The notes under the pieces: model-generated
Told to the model about the DNA's origin: nothing
Seen by the model: only the letters and a program-made list of their open reading frames with translations
The model's database searches: none
NCBI GenBank assembly: GCA_951406725.2
Contig: OX597821.1
Coordinates: 40,672,001-40,736,000 of the forward strand
Reading direction: 5' to 3'
Origin: Octopus vulgaris
Taxonomy: Eukaryota
Length of the DNA: 64,000 nucleotides
In this document: piece after piece, positions 40,510 to 50,430 of the stretch
How positions within the stretch are numbered: the stretch's first letter is position 1
Layout of the letters: the number at the start of each line of letters is the position of its first letter
Made by a program: the position numbers and the translations under genes

Positions 40510-42786
40510 TTAGAGTATGTTTAGTTGTGGTCTGTATTTTTGAATAAGATTACTTTCCTTATTTATTCGTGTTTGGTCTGTGGTGTTGTCCGAGCATTGG
40601 TATAGTGGGAAGACTAAGAATTTGGGGGACTTATTGTGTGCACAAAGGTCTAAGTGTCCACTTAGTGGTATCTGTCTTGTGGAGGGGTCCCTCAGTTGTT
40701 GTCGGTGAACTGTCATTCTGTCTCTGAGGGTAAGGCTCGTTTGCCCTATGTAGTCTTCGTGGCATCCTTCACACCTTATGACGTAGAGTAAATTTTTTGA
40801 TGCGCACGTGAAGTTATTTTTTATGATGAATGTGTGTCCCGAGTGGAACTTGTACGACGATCCCTCAATGAGGTGGATGCAGGTCTTACAGTTGGGGCGA
40901 CCACATTTTTTGATGGTGGGCGGTGGGTTTGTGTTGTGTAATTTTGCGTTGGTGAGGAGGTTTTTTAGGGATTTAGGTTGTCTCTTACTTTTTATTATTT
41001 TATGAGCTGCCAGTATTTTTTTCAGGCGTGGGTCTTGATTTAGTTGTGGAATGTTGTTGTATATAATAGTGTAAGCTTCTGCATTCCTTGGGTTGTGTGT
41101 TGAGAGATAAGGGAGGCTATTGACTGTACTGTGGATGTGTTTGGGTTTTCGAAGGTCTTGAATGTTGATTGATTTGGCCCGTTCTATTCCGTTGTCTACT
41201 AGTGATGCCGGGTAATGTCTTTCGAGAAGAATTGCCCTTAGTTCCCGGAGTCTTCTATTTCGTGTTGTGTCATTTGAGACAATAGTGCAGATTCTTCTCG
41301 CTAGGTTGAAGGGGATATTTGTCTTTGTGTGTTTTGGGTGATTGGAGGTGAATAGAAGGTATTGTTTAGAGTCAGTGGGTTTGTAATGGATGTCAGTTTC
41401 AATGTTGACGCCTTTTTTAATGATTAGGATGTCAAGAAAAGGGAGTTGGTCCTGACTATATTCCATTGTGAATTGAATGTTGTTATTTACACTGTTGATA
41501 AGGTTTTTGAAGTCTATAAGTTGGTCGAGTGTGTGGGACCATAGGATGAGGCAATCATCTAAGTAGCGTTTCCAGTTCTCCAACAGGTATTTGTGGAAAG
41601 ACTGGCCGTACTTATATTTGGATTTTTCATAGATATGTGATTCCAGGTAGGCCATCACCAGGTTTGCATAGGTAGGTGCAACTTTCGTACCCATTGCAGT
41701 CCCTGAGACCTGTCTGTAAGTGTTGTTGTGGAAATACATGAAGTTGTTTTGCAGAATAAATTTGAGGCCCTCAATTATGAATTCTTTTTTAATTCTTTCC
41801 GGGATCTCATTGGGATATTTATCCAGCCAGAATTTAATGGCTTCCAGTCCAAATTCATGTGGGATTGTGGTGTAAAGATTAATAACATCAAAAGAAACGA
41901 TTAAGGTGTCTTTATCGGCATGTTTGGGGAGATGGTTTAATAGGTCCAGGTCATCTCTTACAATACTTGGAATGTGTTTCAGTATTGGCTTTAAGATGAT
42001 ATCTATAAAGTTGCTAAGTCTGTGTGTTTCACAACTTGGGCCTGCCACTATTGGTCTCAGTTTGAGATCAGTGGGATGTGGTATAGTGATGCAGGTTGAA
42101 GTGGACTTTTTGCAAGCTTCTGTGATAATTTGACTCTTGTGTATTTTTGGAAGGCCATAGAGTGTGCTGGTTTTGCAATTAAATTTAGTAATGTAGTCGC
42201 ATTCCTTTGCTGTCAAGTCATTCCGGTGTTGGTAAATGAGTGCCTTCAGATTGGTCATTGTTTTGGATTGCTGGTAGTCGACTACTCTTTCGTAGTATGT
42301 GGTATCCTCTAAAAGGAGAGATACAGAGTTTTTATATTGCTCAGTATTCATAACAACGACCGTACTACCCTTATCAGCTTCCTTTATTGTGACGTCATGA
42401 TTGTCTCGTAGTGTATGGATGATTTCCCATTCTCTTTTACTGGTGTTGGGTTTGAGTTTAGGTTGTGGGAGTTCACCATAAGGGAAGTTGGAGATGTAAT
42501 CGCAAAATTTGTCTAAGGTTTTGTTTTTGCCTTTTATGGGATTATAGTTGCTTTTGTTACAGACCATTGATTCGTCGTTATTATTAGTTTTTCTGTCAAA
42601 AAATTCCTCTGTGAGGCGTAATTTTCTGCAAAAGTGCGAGATGTCATCCTGTATTTCCCTCAGGTTAGGGTATTGCGGAGTTGGGGTGAATTTCAGTCCT
42701 CTTGAAAGGATTTTTATTTGTGGTGTCGACAGGTTTAGGTTAGAAAGATTCACTATTTTTGGTTTTTCGGGGTTGGTATCTACCAT
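40510..42786 (-). CDS. Penelope-like reverse transcriptase plus GIY-YIG endonuclease (ORF2, 758 aa from its ATG)
   Basis: LSRGLKFTPTP, IKEADKG, YGLPKIHK, LRPIV, FDVINLYT, QVSGTAMGT, RYLDD, Cys linker CGRPNCKTC (Neptune-type) and NLLYVIRCEGCHEDYIGQT with the downstream R, H, H, E and N residues. Confidence 0.96.
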   Translation of the reverse strand: MVDTNPEKPKIVNLSNLNLSTPQIKILSRGLKFTPTPQYPNLREIQDDISHFCRKLRLTEEFFDRKTNNNDESMVCNKSNYNPIKGKNKTLDKFCDYISNFPYGELPQPKLKPNTSKREWEIIHTLRDNHDVTIKEADKGSTVVVMNTEQYKNSVSLLLEDTTYYERVVDYQQSKTMTNLKALIYQHRNDLTAKECDYITKFNCKTSTLYGLPKIHKSQIITEACKKSTSTCITIPHPTDLKLRPIVAGPSCETHRLSNFIDIILKPILKHIPSIVRDDLDLLNHLPKHADKDTLIVSFDVINLYTTIPHEFGLEAIKFWLDKYPNEIPERIKKEFIIEGLKFILQNNFMYFHNNTYRQVSGTAMGTKVAPTYANLVMAYLESHIYEKSKYKYGQSFHKYLLENWKRYLDDCLILWSHTLDQLIDFKNLINSVNNNIQFTMEYSQDQLPFLDILIIKKGVNIETDIHYKPTDSKQYLLFTSNHPKHTKTNIPFNLARRICTIVSNDTTRNRRLRELRAILLERHYPASLVDNGIERAKSINIQDLRKPKHIHSTVNSLPYLSTHNPRNAEAYTIIYNNIPQLNQDPRLKKILAAHKIIKSKRQPKSLKNLLTNAKLHNTNPPPTIKKCGRPNCKTCIHLIEGSSYKFHSGHTFIIKNNFTCASKNLLYVIRCEGCHEDYIGQTSLTLRDRMTVHRQQLRDPSTRQIPLSGHLDLCAHNKSPKFLVFPLYQCSDNTTDQTRINKESNLIQKYRPQLNIL

Positions 42787-44123
42787 CTGGTGTCGTGGAA
42801 ACTGATGCCCTTGCCTAAAAAAGGAATCCTGGGGGTTCTTCTATTTGCGGTATTTTGCTGTATGTGATTCTGTCCCCCGTTGACATGTCTGTTGAAGAGG
42901 TTTTGGTTGTTGTGATTCTGTCCCCCGTTGCTATGTTGTCTGTTGAGGAGGTTTTGGTTGTTCCAGGGTCTGGGTTGTTGGTGTGGCCTCCTGGAAGAGT
43001 TTTGGTTATTCCAGGGTTTGGGTTGTTTGTCCTGGGTGTAATGTTGGTTCCTTAGAGTGGGTTGGAAACTATATTCATGGTTTAGGAGTGAATTCCTATA
43101 TGTTGGGGGAGAACTCTGAGTTAGGAGCGGTTTGGGTTGGAATCTACAATCATAGTTCAGAGATGGGTTTCTAAGTGATGGGTAGGATCTCCGAATCTGG
43201 AACGGTTCTTGTGTGGGTTGGGGTCTACGTTGTCTGGTAAAGTTTTGTCGTGTGATGATGGGTGTCTCGGTTCTTTTGATGGGATTGTAGTGCTGTCTGT
43301 AAGTTCTGTTGTTGTTGTTGTCGATGTTAGGGGTGGTGTGTGTTCGGTGTTTTGTGGTTGGTTTTCTTTGTTTTTGGCGAGGGGTGTGAGTTGAAGTAGA
43401 TATTTTAAAATATGGGTTGCTTGAAAGGTGTTCCTTTGTGAACTCTGTTTCATAATTGGTGAACCAGCTGTTTTTTTCCATTCGCTGGAGGGATGTTATT
43501 TCTTCATCCTCGCAGTTTTTTCTCCAGAGTTTGGTGGTTTCATCAAGGAGTGCTCCTTCACAGTGTTTTGAGATTTCAATCTGCATTTCATTGTCAAGGG
43601 TCTTGGATTTTTCTTCACTGGTGTTGGCTCTGAGCCGCAAGAGTTCTACTTCCGTTTTGAATTTTTCAAAAGCTAGTTTCTCCCTGAGGTTTTTTTGGTT
43701 TTCTGGTTCATTTTGGATGGGTTTTATTTGTAGTTTTCTGGGTAGGATGATAGGGGTGGAGTTGAGCCACTTTTCATAAATGTCAGCTTTGTTGTTATTT
43801 TTTATGAAATTCCAGAAGGCAAACTTACGCGCTTTGAGATTTTTACTCCAGGTGTTGTTAAGAGAGCTTTTAATTGAGAAGCAGTCTTTAGTTTGCTCCT
43901 GCTTTGGGAGCACTGCCGTCTCTATGGATTTCATTAGGTTTTGCAGTGTTGGGATGATGTCAGGGATTTGATTGGTTGTTTTGGCCTCCATGAGTCCATT
44001 TAGGTATAAGTGCGATTGTTCGACTTTGTTTATTATGGTTGAAAGTTTCGAGGAGATTTCTTGTAATTCTTTTAGGATATTTTGGTTCATTAAAGATTCT
44101 GCTTGTTGTGATTTGGGTGGCAT
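42780..44123 (-). CDS. PLE ORF1, ~447 aa: helical/coiled-coil N-terminal half and basic N/Q/R/P-rich repetitive C-terminal half
   Basis: 1344 nt open frame from the ATG at 44123 (MPPKSQQ), lying between the 5' pLTR and ORF2, with the same A/C-rich sense bias. No domain recognised. Confidence 0.85.
   Translation of the reverse strand: MPPKSQQAESLMNQNILKELQEISSKLSTIINKVEQSHLYLNGLMEAKTTNQIPDIIPTLQNLMKSIETAVLPKQEQTKDCFSIKSSLNNTWSKNLKARKFAFWNFIKNNNKADIYEKWLNSTPIILPRKLQIKPIQNEPENQKNLREKLAFEKFKTEVELLRLRANTSEEKSKTLDNEMQIEISKHCEGALLDETTKLWRKNCEDEEITSLQRMEKNSWFTNYETEFTKEHLSSNPYFKISTSTHTPRQKQRKPTTKHRTHTTPNIDNNNNRTYRQHYNPIKRTETPIITRQNFTRQRRPQPTQEPFQIRRSYPSLRNPSLNYDCRFQPKPLLTQSSPPTYRNSLLNHEYSFQPTLRNQHYTQDKQPKPWNNQNSSRRPHQQPRPWNNQNLLNRQHSNGGQNHNNQNLFNRHVNGGQNHIQQNTANRRTPRIPFLGKGISFHDTRW
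42816..42822 (-). promoter_or_regulatory. -1 ribosomal frameshift slippery heptamer U UUU UUA
   Basis: ORF1 codons CCT TTT TTA GGC. The -1 frame reads RQGHQFPRHQ-MVD straight into ORF2 and is closed upstream by a TAG at 42841-42843. Confidence 0.75.
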
Positions 44124-44192
44124 TTTCGGGACTCGTGTGATGTTTATATATATATAAAAAAGTTGAGTTGTGGGGTATCGCACGAGTGGGAT

Positions 44193-45094
44193 TATATAAG
44201 AAAAAAGGTTTGAAAATGCAATTTAAACGATGTTTATTTACTTAACCGGTTTCACTCTTTGGTAAAAGATTGTCAAAAGTTACATTTAAGGAAACATTGA
44301 ATAATATGGGTTCAAAAAAAGTTTTTTACATAATTGTCACATTGAATATTATGCATTCAAAAAAGTTTTTTACATAATTGTCACATTGGATATTATGGGT
44401 TCAAAAAAGTTTTTTACATAATTGTCACATTGAATATTATGCATTCAAAAAAGTTTTTTACATAATTGTCACATTGGATATTATGAATTCAAAAATGTTT
44501 TTTTATACATAATTGTCACATTATTTGGGAAAATTTGGCAGAAAAGGATAAAACAAATATATTATTGGGAATTGGTTGCGTTAATTATTGGTTGTCGCAA
44601 ATTGTCACATTACATGTATATATATACAATCTTTGGTATATATATACAGCGTTTTGACAGCAAAAATTAAAATGGATTTTTTGTCCATCTCAGAATATTT
44701 TAAGTATGTTTTTACTGACCTGTCAGTATTAGCAGAAAGGCTGAACTGAGAGAACAGAAGTAGCCAATGTGGTGTATACTTCCCCTTTATGCATGAATGA
44801 TTTTGGGGTTATCAGGAGGTTAGTATGCGGGTGTGAATAGATGTGTCCGTGCCTGCTGGTCAGACAGCGTCTGTTTGTCACACACATATATATACACACA
44901 AACACACACACACACAACAACACACACACACACACACATAGTATACAAACACAAACCACATACAAACAACACACACACACACAGAACACACACACCCACA
45001 CACAACGCACCCACATATATCACATATACACACAGCACACAAATATAACATGTATCTATATATAACATACACAGATATATAACACACATACACA
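44193..45094 (-). repeat. 5' pLTR
   Basis: Direct repeat of 38531-39433, truncated within the (TG)-rich tract. Confidence 0.93.
44238..44282 (-). ncRNA. Minimal hammerhead ribozyme, U3:A8 variant (5' pLTR)
   Basis: Identical to 38576-38620. Confidence 0.65.
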
Positions 45095-45152
45095 TATAAC
45101 ATACACAGATATATAACACACATATATATATATACACATACACACACACACA

Positions 45153-45199
<47 letters not shown>

Positions 45200-45669
45200 C
45201 TTATTAATTATGATAAATAAATAAATCTTTAATAGATCTGGTCAGAATCGTTTGATGGTGATCTACTGACCTCTAAGAGGATACTTCATGCTTTCATTCC
45301 AAATATATTTAGGTTGCAGATTCCTCCCACTTTAGTTAGATATTATCATTGTTAATGTTTAAATCTGTGTTAGCACTTGACCAGACATTCCAGTCATAGC
45401 CACCCTGCTGCTTTTTTTTGTTTATTCATATACAACAAATTCAGGATGACATTGTCTTACGTATCCTTTATTCTTCCTTTTTAAAAAATACTTGGGTGTG
45501 ATCTGAGAAAGCTGTTATTTCGTGCATGTCAAGTCAATGCAGAGAGGCTTTTGCATGTATCTTATTTAGCCACAAACTACTTTTCAACACACAAATCTAA
45601 TAAAGGTGTTCCATCCATGCCCATCATGTCCTTTTTACAGATATTATGTATCCTTTTTTTAATAGCATA

Positions 45670-45804
45670 GGTGTAGGAGTGGCTGTGTGGTAAGTAACTT
45701 GCTTACCAACCACATGGTTCCGGGTTCAGTCCCATTGCGTGGCACCTTGGGCAAGTGTCTTCTACTATAGCCTCGGGCCCACCAAAGCCTTGTATGCATA
45801 TATA

Positions 45805-45840
<36 letters not shown>

Positions 45841-46105
45841 TGTATGTATGTATGTATGTATGTGTGTGTGTGTGTGTGGGGGGTATGTTTGTGTGTTTGT
45901 GTGTCTGTGTTTGTCCCCCCAACACTGCTTGATAACCAATGCTGGTGTGTTTACGTCCCCGTAACTTAGCGGTTTGGCAAAAGAGAACGATAGAATAAGT
46001 CCTAGGCTTACAAAGAATAAGTCCTGGGGTCGATTTGCTCGACTAAAGGCGGTGCTCCAGCATGGCCAGAGTCAAATGACTGAAACAAGTAAAAGAGTAA
46101 AAGAG
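45670..46105 (+). mobile_element. SINE family A
   Basis: Similar to 20904-21318, with an expanded internal (TATG)n. Confidence 0.85.
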
Positions 46106-46601
46106 CATGCTGTAATTTGAGGCAAATTTGACTGTTGTTACTAGCAGCTGCACAGAAGCTCCTTTATTGGTTCATATGTCTTGTGCCAGCAATGGCTGTC
46201 AGATATTTGATGAAACATAATGGCTTATGAAACCTCTTACACAATCTGATCCGATGCAATTTATCACCACCATATTTTACAATGAAACTTTCTTTGTAGA
46301 CCCAGCTGCAATAATATTTCCTATGTAAAATCATAACTAGCTAATACACATGCAATAATGATATGTATATATATCATATATAATATAGCATATAATATAT
46401 TATATGAGATACACACAGAAAGCAATAAAGATTACAATAACAGAACTGCAATGAAATACAAATATATGGCCTTAGACAGAATAGTCCCATATATGCCAGA
46501 AATGATTGGTATGTCATTAATCTTAAGAAGGAATACTCTGGATTACTCTATCACATTCTCTAAATACAACACTTGCATATCAAAAGTAAATCCTCCACAA
46601 T

Positions 46602-46870
46602 AGGATGTACAATTGACAGGATGTACCCATGACACGATGTACCCATGACAGGATGTACCCATGACAGGATGTACCTTTGTCAGGATGTACCCATGACAGG
46701 ATGTACCCATGACAGGATGTACCCATGACAGAATGGACCCTTGACAGGATGTACCCATGACAGGATGTACCCATGACAGGATGTACCTTGACAGGATGTA
46801 ACCTTGAGAGGATGTAACCTTGAGAGGATGTACCCATGACAGGATGTACCTTCACAGGATGTACCCTTGA
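46602..46870. repeat. Minisatellite, about 17 copies of 16 bp (gacaggatgtacccat)
   Basis: Read directly from the sequence; head-to-tail units with no unique spacers. Confidence 0.95.
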
Positions 46871-46989
46871 TAACAGCTAAAAAGCGAAAATGAGGGCAAT
46901 GAGACTGAGGTTGTTAATACCCTGTTTATGCTGCTGCAGGTTGAGACCAGCAGTAAGGAAATTCCAGATGGATGTTGTTCTTGGGAGGA

Positions 46990-48270
46990 AGGAAACATCA
47001 CTCCTTTTCGATTGACTAAAGCAGGTCTTTTGTTCTTCAAAGCTTGGTTAAAACGCTCTTATTGCTAACAGTAGACTTGAGCAGTGATTGTTGCATTAGG
47101 TGGTAACAATTCAAAGTGAATTACTCCTTTGCAATCCCATCAGATAGAGAGAAGAACCTTTTTCCCATGAAGTTCCCTTCTCGGTTGTGGTTGAGCTTTT
47201 TCTCTTTTACCAAGCCACTATTTATGACATTTTAACATTCCAAGAGAAGATCCATTTCTTGTCACTAGTCACAAGTCTATCCAAAAAGGGTGAAATGAGT
47301 TTGTGAGAATAGAGAGAAGAGCAGATCTCAACTTGGAATTTGCAGTTGCTTTCGGACAATTCATGAGGTACCCATTTTCCAAGTTTAGGAAACTTTCCAA
47401 GTTGTTGAAGATGATGATAAACAGTTGTATGGTTTGAACTAAGCTTTATTGCCAATTCTTCAACTGATAATGCAGGATTTTCTTCAAGTAATGCCTCAAG
47501 GAGCTTATCATCAAACTCAACTGGACATCTTGTTCGATCTTCATCTTCAAGGCTAAAATCTCCACTCCTGAATTTTGCAAACCATCTTCTGTAAGTTCTT
47601 TCATTCAAGCATCCTTTCCCATAAACTGAGTGTATGTTTCGAGTCACTTCAGCTGCAGAGTTTCCTTTTTCGTACTCATAAAGCATTATGTGCCTCAAAT
47701 GCTCTTTGGATACTTCCATGTTAGAAAGGGTTTTAATCAAAAAAAATTTTAATTCTATTATTCTGTAAAATAATATTTAATTAGTTTAAATGTACACAAA
47801 GGCATAAAGATAATTTTCAATTCCATTGGAGAGGAGGAGAAGGAGGAGACCCCCTTCAGTCATGAATGACCATGGAATTGCACCTAGAAAGTTACCCTCC
47901 GAGGTACAATTCCGGCAAGGTTGTTTTATGGAAGACCAGCAGTTGCCAATGCATGCCAGCCTCCTCTCTCCATACCAACGATGTTATCCAAGGGAAAGGC
48001 AAAGGCTGATACAGCTTGGCACCAGTGATGTCGCAACTCATTTCTACAGCTGAGTGAACTGGAGCAACATGAAATAAAGTGTCTTGCTTAAAAATACAAC
48101 ACACAGCCCATCCAGGAATCGAACTCCCAACCTCACAATTATAAGCTTGATGCTCAAACCACTGAGCCATGCACCTTCACTTAATTTCATGAGACATTCT
48201 AAAATACTATTAAATTTCATTCAATTTTAAAAAAGGTAAAATCGGACAGAACTTATGGGATGACCTGATA
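46990..48270 (-). mobile_element. Degenerate mariner transposon (5' part) with a SINE inserted in its 5' UTR
   Basis: ORF 47222-47740 has the HTH region and WVPHELS..LVTSDKKW, followed by stops. TA|tcaggtcatcccataagttctgtccg end at about 48270. Confidence 0.88.
47845..48180 (-). mobile_element. tRNA-derived SINE family D
   Basis: A box tggctcagtgg, B box gagttcgattcc and a gcaagacactt core. Interrupts the mariner. Confidence 0.75.
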
Positions 48271-48825
48271 GAAATCAGTTTTATCCACAATGTAAATAAG
48301 GAAAATTCTTGGCATTTTTGTGTAATATTGTTTGAATTTGCTGTACAGAATGTTAAGTCATTCTGAGAGCAATGAATTTTCAGATTGAACTAGATTGCCA
48401 TCCTAAGTACCTTTGTGTACGTAATGCCATACCTCAATATTCTGACTATATATCTCATTGGAATTGGTTTATCTTTCATCCTTCCAGGGTTTATAAAATA
48501 AGTAGCAGTATTTTTGTTTTAGTCAATTCTATTCGTACCTTGTCAGATCAAAAGATACCAATATTTGATTATGTTCTTTTGTCTCAGAATAAAAGAACAA
48601 AAACACAACTAAACTCATCAAAGATACGAAATTATGAACTAATTTATACAAATTCCAAGTAATCTCATATTCAAGCTTTCTTCAACTCCTATTGATTTTT
48701 GTTTGCTTCTTAAATGCTAATTCCTTCATAGACAAATTGTAGTTGGAATGGTATAACTGATGAATTAACTCCAGTGTATGACGGGTATGCAGTTTTTATT
48801 CTTGCACTAATATTTCTACCTTTCT

Positions 48826-48830
48826 GTAGT

Positions 48831-48863
<33 letters not shown>

Positions 48864-48936
48864 GGTAGTAGTAGTAGCAGCAGCAGCAGTAGTAGTAGTA
48901 GTAGTAGCAGCAGCAGCAGCAGCAGCAGCAGTAGTG

Positions 48937-48994
<58 letters not shown>

Positions 48995-49010
48995 CAGCAG
49001 TAGTAATAGT
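48826..49010. repeat. (AGT/AGC)n microsatellite
   Basis: Read directly from the sequence. Confidence 0.95.
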
Positions 49011-49619
49011 TGTGATGGTGGTTATTAACTTCTATTTTCAAATATTAATAAAAATAATTTGTTAGTTTGTATATAATTTTTCCATTTTCTATTCAACCTT
49101 TCCGAATATCATATTATTTTTTAATAGCAAATTATTGAATAACCGTTTTTTTAAACAACTTTAACCAGAGAAACTATTCCATTTTCTGGTGGGTAATTGT
49201 AAAACTACACTTTACTGAAGATGTCAAATGTGGTTGAAACATGTACAAAGTTATCACTCCTAAACTCACCCAAGACCAGATTCACTCTCCACTGCATGTC
49301 TGCATCTAATTTTGGATCAATCAAGGTACCAGATTATCTCCCTTGCCTGCCTTCATAAAATTTGTCATTAATGTAAATCACTTTTCTTCTTGTTATTAAA
49401 AATTATCCTTGTTTGACTACACTAGATAAATTTGATGACACTGAATTGCCAGTAAATGGCATGGATACCATTTTTATACATTTTTGCATGATGAATAAAA
49501 GATTTTTCTCGGGTACTTGATGGTTTTATAAGTCTCTCTCTCTAGTTGAGAGAGAAAATATTTCACATGTTTTTATTATTAAACTTTTGTGGAAGTATTG
49601 TTATATATTTCACATGTTG

Positions 49620-49925
49620 TTGTTTGTTCCTTCTCAGGCCATGCCTAGCTCATAAGGGCCAATTTCCCAGTTCCATCGGCATATAGGTTCCCCATCTGGA
49701 CAGGACGCTGGTCTGTCACAGGTGAGCTGCGAGATGCAGGAGCAAAGAGTGAGAGAAAGTTCTGGCGAAATAGTCCACAGAAGTTCACCATTACCTTCTG
49801 CTAGAGCTGCGTGGAGCATAGGTGTTTTGCTCATAAACACATACATTGCATGGTCTGAGATTCGAACCCATGATCCCTCGATTGCAAGTTCACTGCTCTA
49901 ACTACTAGGCCATATGCCTCCACTC
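49620..49925 (-). mobile_element. SINE family C relative
   Basis: Minus-strand head tggaggcatatggcctagt..ggttcgaatctcagacc and a gagcaaaacacct core. Confidence 0.75.
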
Positions 49926-49959
49926 ACATTTCATATAGTCTTCACAAATGCAGTATCCT

Positions 49960-50430
49960 CTCTTGTAAACATAGACTTCTCTTATGGTCTTGAATGTTGG
50001 ATAATGGCTGAAAGGGTATGACCACAAATAGAGGCAGCGAAAATGAGGTCCCTTCAAGGGATCACAACAGGAACATTACTTGACTAGGTTGATAGCTCAG
50101 AGATGAAGGTGTCTCTCTAGGGTGTATCAGAGATCAAAGTGTCTCTCCTCTGCATTGAGAGGTCATGGTACCAGTACTATGGATATGGGATTAGAATGTC
50201 ACAGGAAAGAATAACAAGACAGATTCTTCAAGCTGAGCCAACTGGCAGGAGATTTAGAAACAGACCAAGAATGAAATAGTTGGATAATATGCAGAGTCTC
50301 GGTTGGTTCATATAGCAATCCAGCTGAAGAGTGTAATGATAACTGCTTGTGATAGGACCCAATAGAGGAAGTACATGAGGAACTCTAAACCCATCTTCCT
50401 CCTAGCAATAGTGGATGGAAGGATGAATAA
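49960..50430 (+). mobile_element. Degenerate RTE LINE C-terminal fragment
   Basis: Translates to YGLECW..AAKMR..IRMSQERITRQILQAEPTGRR..RPRMK, with stops. Confidence 0.65.

Larger units (their letters stand above)
38531..45094 (-). mobile_element. Apparently intact two-ORF Penelope-like element (Neptune-type) with direct pLTRs
   Basis: Near-identical ~900 bp direct repeats at 38531-39433 and 44193-45094, two uninterrupted ORFs and a hammerhead in each repeat. The 3' end abuts (TA)n. Confidence 0.95.

Noticed and set aside
38531-45094. LTR retrotransposon or retrovirus (direct repeats plus gag-pol-like frameshift)
   Set aside because: No TG..CA ends, PBS, protease, RNase H or integrase. The RT and GIY-YIG motifs are of the PLE type.
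46602-46870. CRISPR-like array
   Set aside because: The units are contiguous with no unique spacers, there are no cas genes and the context is eukaryotic.
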